Below, one piece after another: positions 1 to 8,384 of a stretch of DNA of 64,000 bases (the first letter of the stretch is position 1; each line of letters starts with the position of its first letter). The notes beneath the pieces were generated by a model, which saw only the letters and a list, made by a program, of their open reading frames with translations, searched no databases and had not been told where the DNA came from. The stretch spans positions 576,001-640,000 of the forward strand of contig JBGAHS010000004.1 of the NCBI GenBank assembly GCA_044226015.1. The letters are read 5' to 3'. The position numbers were made by a program, and so were the translations under genes. This stretch comes from Candidatus Obscuribacteraceae bacterium (GTDB lineage: Bacteria > Cyanobacteriota > Vampirovibrionia > Obscuribacterales > Obscuribacteraceae).

Positions 1-966
1 GTTGATGCTGTCTGCGATGGCGAACAAACAGTCATTTGCGGCATTATGGAGCACATAGAGCAGGCCGGTATCCACTCGGGTGACAGTACCTGTGTTCTTC
101 CGGCGCAGACGATTCCGCTGAGCATCATTGAGGAGATTCGAAATGCTACTCGTGCGCTTGCGGAGGAATTGAAAGTAATCGGGTTGATGAACATTCAGTT
201 CGCTATAAAAGATGGATTGGTGTACATCCTCGAAGTGAACCCTCGCGCGAGCCGAACCGTTCCATTCGTATCGAAGGCGACAGGCGTACCCTGGGCTCAA
301 GTTGCCACTAAGGTTATGCTTGGTGAAACTCTGGCTCAACAGAAAATTGGCGATCGGTTATTGCCACCGCATATTTCAGTGAAATCAGTGGTGATTCCGT
401 TCAAAAAATTCCCGGGTTCTGAAATCTCTCTGGGACCAGAAATGCGTTCCACCGGTGAAGTTATGGGGATAGCGTCGCAATTTGGTCTTGCTTTTGCAAA
501 GGCGCAGATTGCAGCTGGTCATGATTTGCCTACTAAGGGACGCGTTTTTCTTAGCGTTTCTGACGCTTACAAACGCGAAGTGGTGCCTGTGGCTCAGAGC
601 CTCTATCAACTAGGGTTTGAAATTGTGGCCACTCGCGGAACTGCTTCGATTGTTCATGCTGCTGGAATTCCAGCGACCGTAGTAAACAAAGTTTCTGAAG
701 GTCGTCCGAATCTGGTGGATAGAATCAAGAATAATCAGATCAATCTTGTAATAAACATTCCATCGGGGCGTTCGGCGCATCGTGATGATCAACTGATTCG
801 CCGTGCTGCGATTAACTACAACGTACCAGTCGTAACCACTTTGTCTGGTGCTAAAGCAACTGCTGCTGCTATAGCTGCGCTCCAACAGGGAAATCTTGGA
901 GTGCAGAGCCTGCAGGAATATCATCAGAAGATTGCGTATTGGGAAAGCACAAGCAAAGTTCGCTAG
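1..966 (+). CDS. carB: Carbamoyl-phosphate synthase large subunit, C-terminal part (5'-truncated by window edge)
   Basis: Frame open from base 1 (VDAVCDG...). Motifs MEHIEQAGIHSGDS, EVNPRASRTVPFVSKATG and LGPEMRSTGEVMG; C-terminal MGS-like domain (IVATRGTA). Confidence 0.97.
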   Translation, partial: VDAVCDGEQTVICGIMEHIEQAGIHSGDSTCVLPAQTIPLSIIEEIRNATRALAEELKVIGLMNIQFAIKDGLVYILEVNPRASRTVPFVSKATGVPWAQVATKVMLGETLAQQKIGDRLLPPHISVKSVVIPFKKFPGSEISLGPEMRSTGEVMGIASQFGLAFAKAQIAAGHDLPTKGRVFLSVSDAYKREVVPVAQSLYQLGFEIVATRGTASIVHAAGIPATVVNKVSEGRPNLVDRIKNNQINLVINIPSGRSAHRDDQLIRRAAINYNVPVVTTLSGAKATAAAIAALQQGNLGVQSLQEYHQKIAYWESTSKVR

Positions 967-1006
967 CGCGCTTTCTGCATTTTGCAATTGCGAATCATAA
1001 AAAGGA

Positions 1007-1030
1007 GAAAAGGGGCTTTCGCCCCTTTTC
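1007..1030. terminator. Intrinsic terminator, probably bidirectional
   Basis: Perfect 10-bp stem GAAAAGGGGC-tttc-GCCCCTTTTC between the convergent carB and 1057..1524 genes. Confidence 0.8.
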
Positions 1031-1056
1031 CGATATCCAGCCCGTCAAACTTTTTC

Positions 1057-1524
1057 TTATTCGCCTGGACGCAATCTCCAGGGTAATGTTTCAAGCAATT
1101 TATCACGATGCTGTTCGTCAAGTTCGTCGAACAGTTTTCCGAATCGAGAGTATGTCGTCATCGTGTCACCGCCCATTCTTTCCTGAGCAGCCACGTCATT
1201 GCTGTCTTCAATTTTTTGCCACATATCATCGGCTTTCTTAGCGAAATCGCCCAATTTTTCTTGTAGCTTATCTTGATTTACAGCGCCGCAACGTTTCTCG
1301 TCTGAGAACCATTGCTCGACTTTTATGAAGTCTTCGCTAGCCATTCCGTTCTTGTATTCTTCTTTTGGCTTGTACACATCATTGTCATTGCTTTTGAACT
1401 TGAGTGGAAAAGAAAATGCTTCATCTAAAAAACGTGAGCTTGCTTCTGTTGAAGCAGCTTCCGGCGTGTTTGCAGCAGCTTCTTTGGGTGCAAATTGATG
1501 CTCTGCGAATGCTCTCTCTGTCAT
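1057..1524 (-). CDS. Hypothetical protein (low-complexity N-terminus, acidic helical C-terminus)
   Basis: ORF 1057..1581; ATG at 1524 is preceded by GGAGAG; the gene ends next to the terminator. Confidence 0.65.
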   Translation of the reverse strand: MTERAFAEHQFAPKEAAANTPEAASTEASSRFLDEAFSFPLKFKSNDNDVYKPKEEYKNGMASEDFIKVEQWFSDEKRCGAVNQDKLQEKLGDFAKKADDMWQKIEDSNDVAAQERMGGDTMTTYSRFGKLFDELDEQHRDKLLETLPWRLRPGE

Positions 1525-1942
1525 AAGTTTCTCTCCAGCCCTTTCATGCAAACCGGTTGTTTGCATGTTTTTGTTTTGCAATCGATTCCTTAAAGGAATC
1601 AGCCAATCACCTGATGCTAATATCCTAGTTATGAAACGCTGGCTTCGAAATGTTGCCAGCCACAGTGATTTCAGATAAGGCTCTGCATAATTCTTCAGTG
1701 GTTAAAAAATGACATTGGCTCTAGATATGCTGTCGGCGGGCCGTTGTAGGCATAGAAGTTAGCCGTCTGCAAATGCTCACAGCTGGAAGCTAGCGAAGCA
1801 AGCAACTTAAGGTTCTGCTTTCTACGCTTGCCCGGTGAGCACCTGAAAATAGCTTTCGCCCGCAGCGGAACTGTTCACACGCTGAATCTGTCAGAAGCTG
1901 GTGCAAATGTTCAGCCTCTAACTATTCGTTTTTATCGAGTTA

Positions 1943-2350
1943 TTAGTAGTTGTTTGATGGCTCGTTATCGAGCGCGGGGTAATCATTGCTGTTCACCCAT
2001 CTTTCCAGACCTGGCGCACACAAGAGAGCTAAGCCAGCGCCAATCTTTTTGACGAACACTGCCGGTGCTGTCGAGCCTGCAGAGTACTTCCTTGAAGTAA
2101 TCATGAATGCACGTTGTAGTTTCTGTCCAATCTTCACTCGCACTTCATAGCACTTGCGCGGACTCATCATGCTGCTGATTACTGAGCAAGAGACTTGTTG
2201 ACCAAACTCAAGTGACCAATCTTCTTCATCTCCAGCAAAACCCTTCTTCGGCACGCCTCTGCCGGAGATTGAGCCATTGAAAGCTCGTCTTGTTGGGTCT
2301 GATGCTGTCATCATAGGAATATCCAGGTAAATCGCTTTGCCAGTTCGCAC
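1943..2350 (-). CDS. Hypothetical protein
   Basis: 135-aa ORF, co-oriented with its neighbours, in an otherwise empty gap; start uncertain; no motif recognised. Confidence 0.45.
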   Translation of the reverse strand: MRTGKAIYLDIPMMTASDPTRRAFNGSISGRGVPKKGFAGDEEDWSLEFGQQVSCSVISSMMSPRKCYEVRVKIGQKLQRAFMITSRKYSAGSTAPAVFVKKIGAGLALLCAPGLERWVNSNDYPALDNEPSNNY

Positions 2351-2618
2351 AGATGGAGTGCGTAATTATTCATATACCCACAAGTTTGAAATCCATGCAT
2401 CAGCGGATTGCATAATTTGTATGTTTGTGCTTTTGGTAGATTAATTCCACAGGATTTTTAGTGAATGACGACTAAGACATTAGTCTGCATCTCGTGTTGC
2501 TCTTGCTGACAGTGTTTCTGGCTTCAGGCTTGCTCAGCGAATTGGTAAGAAAGAATCAGGTGGAAGGAAACAGCATAGCTCAAATGACGGATGTGAGTCT
2601 GCTTGTAGGTAAAAAGAG

Positions 2619-4772
2619 TCATGAGCTGGTGCTGAAATCTTCAACCAGAATAGGTGTATCAGCTGCCTCTGTTCTGCGGAGTGCAGGCAGCAGTCCGTTC
2701 AATGCCGCCAGGATCACTGACCCATTGTTCAAAATGGTGGCATTTACTGGACCCACTATATTCGTGAGCGAGAGTATCAAGCCTAACCAATTTGGAATGC
2801 TCACTGCAAACATGTTCTGGCGCAAAAAAGACATGGACTTGCGCGAAAGCTCGATGGAAGCAGGCAAATGTTTGATATTGTCGTCGGAAAAAATAATGTC
2901 CGCTCTGTATTTTGCAATGTCAGTGCTGCTATTGAGAGCGATTGATAGGTCGGCCTGAGCCATAGCCAGTGCATCACTGACTTCATCTCCCACAACCGCG
3001 ACGCGCAGTCCGTTTACTTGTAAGCTGCGAACGAGATCTGCCTTTGCTTCAGGGGAAAGACCAGTGTAAAACTTGTCGGTTTCTATGGAATTTGAAAGCC
3101 GACGTACCTGATTACCTGAGTCGCCTGAAATGAGGATTGTTTCTTTGATACCTAACTGTTTAAGCTCTCTGAGAACGGCGGCGCCTTCTTCCTTTATCTG
3201 ATCGCGATAAGCGATCAATCCAACTAATTCTTTTTCGATAGCTATATAGGCTACCGAGTCTCCCCTGTCTTTTATTTCAGTTGCGGACTGCTCAGATGAC
3301 TCGATATCAATTTCCTGGTCTAGCATAAAGCGTTTGCTACCAACCAGAACGTTTCTTCCATCTACAAGTGCTTTGACTCCTAAGCCCGGATGAAATTCGG
3401 AATTGCGTCGTTCAGAAATCTGCAGTTGTCTCTTCTGTGCATACCGATAGATTGCTCGAGCTGCCGGATGATGGTAGCGGTATTCGACTGCTGCTGCTGC
3501 GCTGAGAATTTCGTCGGCGCTTGCATCTGTGAGTGGAAGAACCGAAGTAATCTCGGAGTCACCAACATTTATGACTCCAGATCTGGCAAAAATGACTATG
3601 TCCATTTCCGAAAGCTTTTCCAGTGCTGAGCCCGCCTTTATAAGAACGCCATTCCTGCCCGCGTTATACATATAGGAGAGAATGGATGTCGGCAGGGCGA
3701 TACGCACGCCTGTTACGAAATCAAAGCAGATGATGGTGAAGGCTTGCACCACATTTCTAGAAAGCAAGAACGAAAACGCTGACACCAACATAATGGGGTT
3801 GACTATTTTGTAGGCTTTCTTTAATGCATGTCGTTGATAGCTTGTACGATAGAGGGCTCGTATTCTTTCTCTTTCGAGGGCTCGGCTAAGCTGGCTCTTG
3901 GGCTTTGCAGAAATGCAGGTGAGGTAAAGTTTGCCGTCGATAATAATGGCACCTGCCGAAATTTCGTCGCCGGGACCGACCTGAATGGGAAGCTTGTTGA
4001 GAGATGATTTTGCTTTGACGATGGTGGCAGTGCCTTCTTCAATTCTGCAGCGCACTGGAATACGTTCACCGGTGTAGACAACGATGGAATCACCAATATT
4101 TAGTTTGGAAATAGAAACCCTTTCTCTGCGTTCGTTTTGCACCAGCCAGGCAGAGCCCTGTGATAATTTGAGCAGTTCATCCTGCATGCTTTCGCTTTTT
4201 TGAGCCGCAAAGTCTCTGATGTATTCACCTATTCCAATGAGGAAAACCATTACGCTGGCGGGCATATAGGCTGACTCAACTGTGAGCACTATCAGCGATG
4301 CCGCATCCATGAACTCGACTGCGGGTCTACCTTCTTCCAAGAATACGCGGAGCCCGCGCCCAAATATTGGCGCTGTTGCCAGAGCTAAAACTGTGCGCGT
4401 CAGGGCTGGAGGAAAGCCAAAAACTGCTGATGCCAGCGATAATGCTCCCAGTCCAAGTTGCACTATGGGTGGTGCCTCTAACTTTTCCACCCAGTTATTG
4501 AATCTGTTTTTTGCGGGCAGTTTTTTTGGTTGAATTGTCGCCTGAATAATTTCAGATTCGCTAATTCTTGCCAGTGTCTCTTCAGGAAAAAACAGCGATG
4601 AGTCGAATTCCAGCGTCAGAGACGCGCACGCAGGGTTGACGCCGACAGCTCTAACTCCAGCCAGAGTGAGGAAGAAGCTAACGACCTTCTCCTGGAAAAC
4701 CAAATCATGCTTCAATCGATACATTCGGACTCTTATTCGTCCGGGGATGCGATGAAGTATTTTGTGCTGCAT
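2619..4772 (-). CDS. Heavy-metal P1B-type (P1B-6/FezB-like) ATPase homologue with degenerate catalytic motifs
   Basis: N-terminal HRIPGRIRVR (HMA2/R-rich) domain; GVLIKAGSALEKL; HP motif (YHHPAA); GLGVKA; TM motifs DFVTGVRIALPT and LNNGS. DKTGT reads ARSGV, there is no TGES, and GDGxND reads GDEVSD. Confidence 0.88.
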   Translation of the reverse strand: MQHKILHRIPGRIRVRMYRLKHDLVFQEKVVSFFLTLAGVRAVGVNPACASLTLEFDSSLFFPEETLARISESEIIQATIQPKKLPAKNRFNNWVEKLEAPPIVQLGLGALSLASAVFGFPPALTRTVLALATAPIFGRGLRVFLEEGRPAVEFMDAASLIVLTVESAYMPASVMVFLIGIGEYIRDFAAQKSESMQDELLKLSQGSAWLVQNERRERVSISKLNIGDSIVVYTGERIPVRCRIEEGTATIVKAKSSLNKLPIQVGPGDEISAGAIIIDGKLYLTCISAKPKSQLSRALERERIRALYRTSYQRHALKKAYKIVNPIMLVSAFSFLLSRNVVQAFTIICFDFVTGVRIALPTSILSYMYNAGRNGVLIKAGSALEKLSEMDIVIFARSGVINVGDSEITSVLPLTDASADEILSAAAAVEYRYHHPAARAIYRYAQKRQLQISERRNSEFHPGLGVKALVDGRNVLVGSKRFMLDQEIDIESSEQSATEIKDRGDSVAYIAIEKELVGLIAYRDQIKEEGAAVLRELKQLGIKETILISGDSGNQVRRLSNSIETDKFYTGLSPEAKADLVRSLQVNGLRVAVVGDEVSDALAMAQADLSIALNSSTDIAKYRADIIFSDDNIKHLPASIELSRKSMSFLRQNMFAVSIPNWLGLILSLTNIVGPVNATILNNGSVILAALNGLLPALRRTEAADTPILVEDFSTSS

Positions 4773-4773
4773 T

Positions 4774-5076
4774 CTATTCTGCTGCTTGCTGCTTCTTGGA
4801 TTTCTTTTCAGGAGCTTCTTGTTTGTGACTTTCTTTCAAGTGCTCTTCCATTTCTTCGCGGCGCTCGGCTTGCACTTCTGCGATTAAATCGCTGCCCTGT
4901 TCTTTGACTTCCGCGACAAACTCTCTTGCAGAATCTGAAACGCTGAGACCGGCTTTGATAACACCTTTTGCAGCTTTTCTCACGACTTTGCGGCTAGGAC
5001 CAGAAAGCAGAACAATGGCTCCGAGACCGAATAAACCCCATCTGCTACCGATTACTTCCAGTATTTCTTCCAACAT
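4774..5076 (-). CDS. Small membrane protein, DUF5132/FezA-like
   Basis: Gly-rich hydrophobic N-terminus (GSRWGLFGLGAIVLL) followed by KAAKGVIKAG...E..DLIAE helix; stop lies 1 bp from the ATPase start; RBS GGAGAGG. Confidence 0.8.
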   Translation of the reverse strand: MLEEILEVIGSRWGLFGLGAIVLLSGPSRKVVRKAAKGVIKAGLSVSDSAREFVAEVKEQGSDLIAEVQAERREEMEEHLKESHKQEAPEKKSKKQQAAE

Positions 5077-5282
5077 TTCTTGATCCTCTCCAGCTGTTGA
5101 GGCAATTATACCGGACTAAGACTCAGCCAAGTCTGCATGTGTAGTAGCGTTGCGATGCGTTTCTTGACGACAACATAGGCTATAATGGCGCTCTCTTGTC
5201 GAACCCCCAGGTGAACTTGGGTTAATTCTTCGCACGAGATACTTACTGAGAATTCCGAAACTTATTGCAAACAGGAGAGTTT

Positions 5283-5960
5283 ATGAGTTTAGAGATTGCC
5301 AAATACATCGACCACACTCTTCTTAGCCCTGCTGCGACAACCAAGGATATTGAGAAGCTCTGCGGAGAAGCGAAAGATCATGGGTTCTTCGCCGTTTGTG
5401 TGAATCCGTATTTTGTTCGCCATGCTGTGAAATTGCTATCGTCCAGCAAAGTTGCCGTAGCAACGGTAGTGGGTTTCCCTCTGGGACAAAATTTGACAGA
5501 CATTAAGATTGCCGAAACTCAACGTGCGCTGTCAGAAGGTGCAGAAGAAATCGATATGGTGATCAACATTAGCGCCCTGAAAGACGGTAGTGTTGACTAT
5601 GTTCGCGAAGAAATCAGATCTATCGTAAAGGTTGCTCGCGACCATATCGTCAAGGTAATCATTGAATGCGACCTTCTCAGCGACGAGGAAAAAGTTGCAG
5701 CAACCAGAGCTGCCGCTGATGCTGGAGCAGGATTTGTCAAAACTTCGACAGGTTTTGTCAATGGCGGAAAAGGCGCTACGGTTGAGGATGTGCAGCTCAT
5801 GCGTAAGACTCTCGGCAGCGACAAAGTCGCCATCAAGGCAAGCGCTGGTATTAGAGATTATACAAAGGCGAAAGCCTTGATTGACGCTGGAGCTACTCGT
5901 TTAGGAACCTCCGCCGGAGTAGCAATTATTCAAGGAAGCACCGCAAACGCTGCCTATTAA
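5283..5960 (+). CDS. deoC: Deoxyribose-phosphate aldolase
   Basis: IDHTLL, VVGFPLG, EIDMVIN, FVKTSTGF, RLGTS; RBS AGGAGA before ATG 5283. Confidence 0.96.
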   Translation: MSLEIAKYIDHTLLSPAATTKDIEKLCGEAKDHGFFAVCVNPYFVRHAVKLLSSSKVAVATVVGFPLGQNLTDIKIAETQRALSEGAEEIDMVINISALKDGSVDYVREEIRSIVKVARDHIVKVIIECDLLSDEEKVAATRAAADAGAGFVKTSTGFVNGGKGATVEDVQLMRKTLGSDKVAIKASAGIRDYTKAKALIDAGATRLGTSAGVAIIQGSTANAAY

Positions 5961-6185
5961 GCTCTGACTGAATAGACTTATAATCGCCTGCAAAAGGCTG
6001 AAACTAAGTGGTGATGCTAGATATAGTGTCACCCTTTGTTTTTTGTGAAAGAAGGTATTCGTGCCTTTTCTCAAATGTGAGTCTTGCTTAATGAAGCCGT
6101 TTTCTGCGAGTGCATTCGTAGTTTCACGAGTGCCAACATAAACCCTCGTACCTAATATGATGATGGGTTGAATTTTGGTGGATAC

Positions 6186-8345
6186 ATGAGCGATCAAGCG
6201 CGGCTTACCAGTTCTGAGCTTTTAGCAGACTTCAGAAATCCATCGGGCAGCACCGATGTTCTTTTCCAAGCTGTCAGAGAGTTGCCTTCGGCTACGCAGG
6301 AGTTAGCGCAGGAAGCATGGGCGCATCCTGTTGATACTGCAATACACGCAGGAAAAACTGTCGCCATGGGCTTAGCTTTCGGTGGAGCGTTTGGCTACCT
6401 TATACCGGGGAGAGGTCCTGTAGCCGCAATATTAGGCACGGCTCTTACTGTGCCAGCTGTCGTAGGAGCCTACAACCGCGTAAACGGAGCCATGCTTGAC
6501 GCTCAGCGAAGCGATGCAGACATAAAGGGAATTGCCCACGGTCTTGCACGTGATACCGTAAGTAGTGGCACTGAATTTGCTCTGGGTATGGCTGGAGGTA
6601 TTGGTGGAGCGCACTTGGGTAAGCAAGTCGCCATGAGTGAAACTCTCGCCGGACGCATCGGTCAGCAATCACAAAGACTGGTTCTTTCTGCCGAAAATTA
6701 TTCGATGACTGGTTTGCGTAAGATGTTCAGCCCGGGTGAAAACCCTGCAAGTCTTGAGGTCTCTTTGCGTGATCCAAACGCTAAAGTTGAAGATCTTCAA
6801 TTTCAAAACTTGCCCTGGAGCAAACGGGCTTCGACACTGGTTAGTAATCGCATCGACCAATTCAATGCCAGTAACCCTGATTATCAAATGTATTATGGTT
6901 CTATGCATGGTCATTCGGTCTACTCTGACGGTATGGGAATGCCGGCCGAGATTTATCAACGCGCAAAAAATATTGGATTGGACTTCACAGCTATCACAGA
7001 CCACAGCCATACTAGCGCTCGGTCGGGAGTTCCACCTGGTGACCCGCGCTATCCCGGACAGCAGAAGACGCCCTCGGTCGCCGAAGATCCTGTTCACTAC
7101 ACTGAGACTATCAATGCTGCAAAGGCTGCCACTCAAGACGGCAAATTTGTCGCGATGTATGGTGTTGAGCTTGGAACAATCGGCAAGGTAGGTTCTCCAG
7201 GACCTTCCGGAGTTAATCATATAAATGTCCTTCAGACAGATACGTTTTTCCAGACCGTTAAGCCTAAAGGTCCGAGCAATGCACTTGCTGCACTTGAGCC
7301 ACCGCCCGTGGAGAAAATCAACGACGGCAACTATAAGATGCTCGTAGATGCGCTCGATAAGACTCGGGATGCAACCGGCGGCCGTCCAGTTGTTCAATTG
7401 AATCACCCGCGCTGGGCATCTGATGAAAACCCAAGTTTGCCAGATAAAGTGCGTGGACGAGACTACGGTCAAAAGTCCTTCTCTAGCACCAAAGAATGGG
7501 CAGATCGATTTGGAAAGTATGCCAGCCAAATGGAAATCATTAATGGTGATGCCTTGGGACAGAACGGGCTTATTGATGTTTCCCCAAGTCATTTGCACGG
7601 CACAGATTTTGCTGGCTATTTAGATAAGGGATTGAAGATAAGCCCAACATTCGGGCGCGATTTCCACTATGGTGACCCTGGTGGTACCAAAGCTGCAACC
7701 GGCATTCTATCGCAAAATCTTGACACCAAATCGGTGATGGATGCTTTGCGAGCGCGCCGTACCATCGCAACAACCAATAGAGAATTGCTAACTGGTCACA
7801 TGACTATCAATGATGTGCATCCGATGGGAAGTGTACTTGACCAGGCTGCTGTTCCTGATTTGAATATCAAAGTAACTGTTGGCGGAAAGGTCTCTCCTGA
7901 TGCTGAATACACTGCTTTGCTCTGGGGTGATAAGAACCTCGGCGACGGCAAGCTTGCTGAGGTGCTACAAACTAAGAAGGTAACAGGGGCAGAACTTTCT
8001 GCCGCTAAGAATCAAATTGTCTTCGACAAAGTTCAACCGACACTTGGAAGAAAGAGTGCATTCTATGTTGAACTGCAGAGATTGCCCGCTGAAGGAGACC
8101 CTGCCTCATTGCTTCCGCGCACTGCTTCTGGTGGCAGGCAAATTCCTGATTTCCTTGATTCGAGCCGACCGCCAGTCTTCTCTCATTCTGAAGCAGGTGG
8201 AGGACTAGCTGAGCCTTCCGGAAAGTTCTTGGGTGACAGATTGTGGACCGCTCCGGTATGGTCAGAGCCACTGGCGGGAGCAAATCATTCGTTGGCACTT
8301 AGAGCGCTTGTTGGTATCGGCAGCACGTTGATTTCCGGTCACTAA
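6186..8345 (+). CDS. PHP-superfamily (CehA/McbA-like) metallohydrolase with an N-terminal Gly/Ala-rich hydrophobic module
   Basis: Metal-ligand motifs MHGHSVYSDG, AITDH, GVE, NHIN, LNHP and GRDFH; N-terminal module resembles that of the S53 protease at 39690..42173. Confidence 0.8.
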   Translation: MSDQARLTSSELLADFRNPSGSTDVLFQAVRELPSATQELAQEAWAHPVDTAIHAGKTVAMGLAFGGAFGYLIPGRGPVAAILGTALTVPAVVGAYNRVNGAMLDAQRSDADIKGIAHGLARDTVSSGTEFALGMAGGIGGAHLGKQVAMSETLAGRIGQQSQRLVLSAENYSMTGLRKMFSPGENPASLEVSLRDPNAKVEDLQFQNLPWSKRASTLVSNRIDQFNASNPDYQMYYGSMHGHSVYSDGMGMPAEIYQRAKNIGLDFTAITDHSHTSARSGVPPGDPRYPGQQKTPSVAEDPVHYTETINAAKAATQDGKFVAMYGVELGTIGKVGSPGPSGVNHINVLQTDTFFQTVKPKGPSNALAALEPPPVEKINDGNYKMLVDALDKTRDATGGRPVVQLNHPRWASDENPSLPDKVRGRDYGQKSFSSTKEWADRFGKYASQMEIINGDALGQNGLIDVSPSHLHGTDFAGYLDKGLKISPTFGRDFHYGDPGGTKAATGILSQNLDTKSVMDALRARRTIATTNRELLTGHMTINDVHPMGSVLDQAAVPDLNIKVTVGGKVSPDAEYTALLWGDKNLGDGKLAEVLQTKKVTGAELSAAKNQIVFDKVQPTLGRKSAFYVELQRLPAEGDPASLLPRTASGGRQIPDFLDSSRPPVFSHSEAGGGLAEPSGKFLGDRLWTAPVWSEPLAGANHSLALRALVGIGSTLISGH

Positions 8346-8384
8346 TGCAGCTGGAAATGGAATTCCCATTGATGAATGCTGTCG

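Noticed and set aside
6669..7598. 309-aa antisense ORF, and similar antisense ORFs inside alaS, rel, mreB and mrdA
   Set aside because: They lie wholly opposite well-supported genes and show no motifs.
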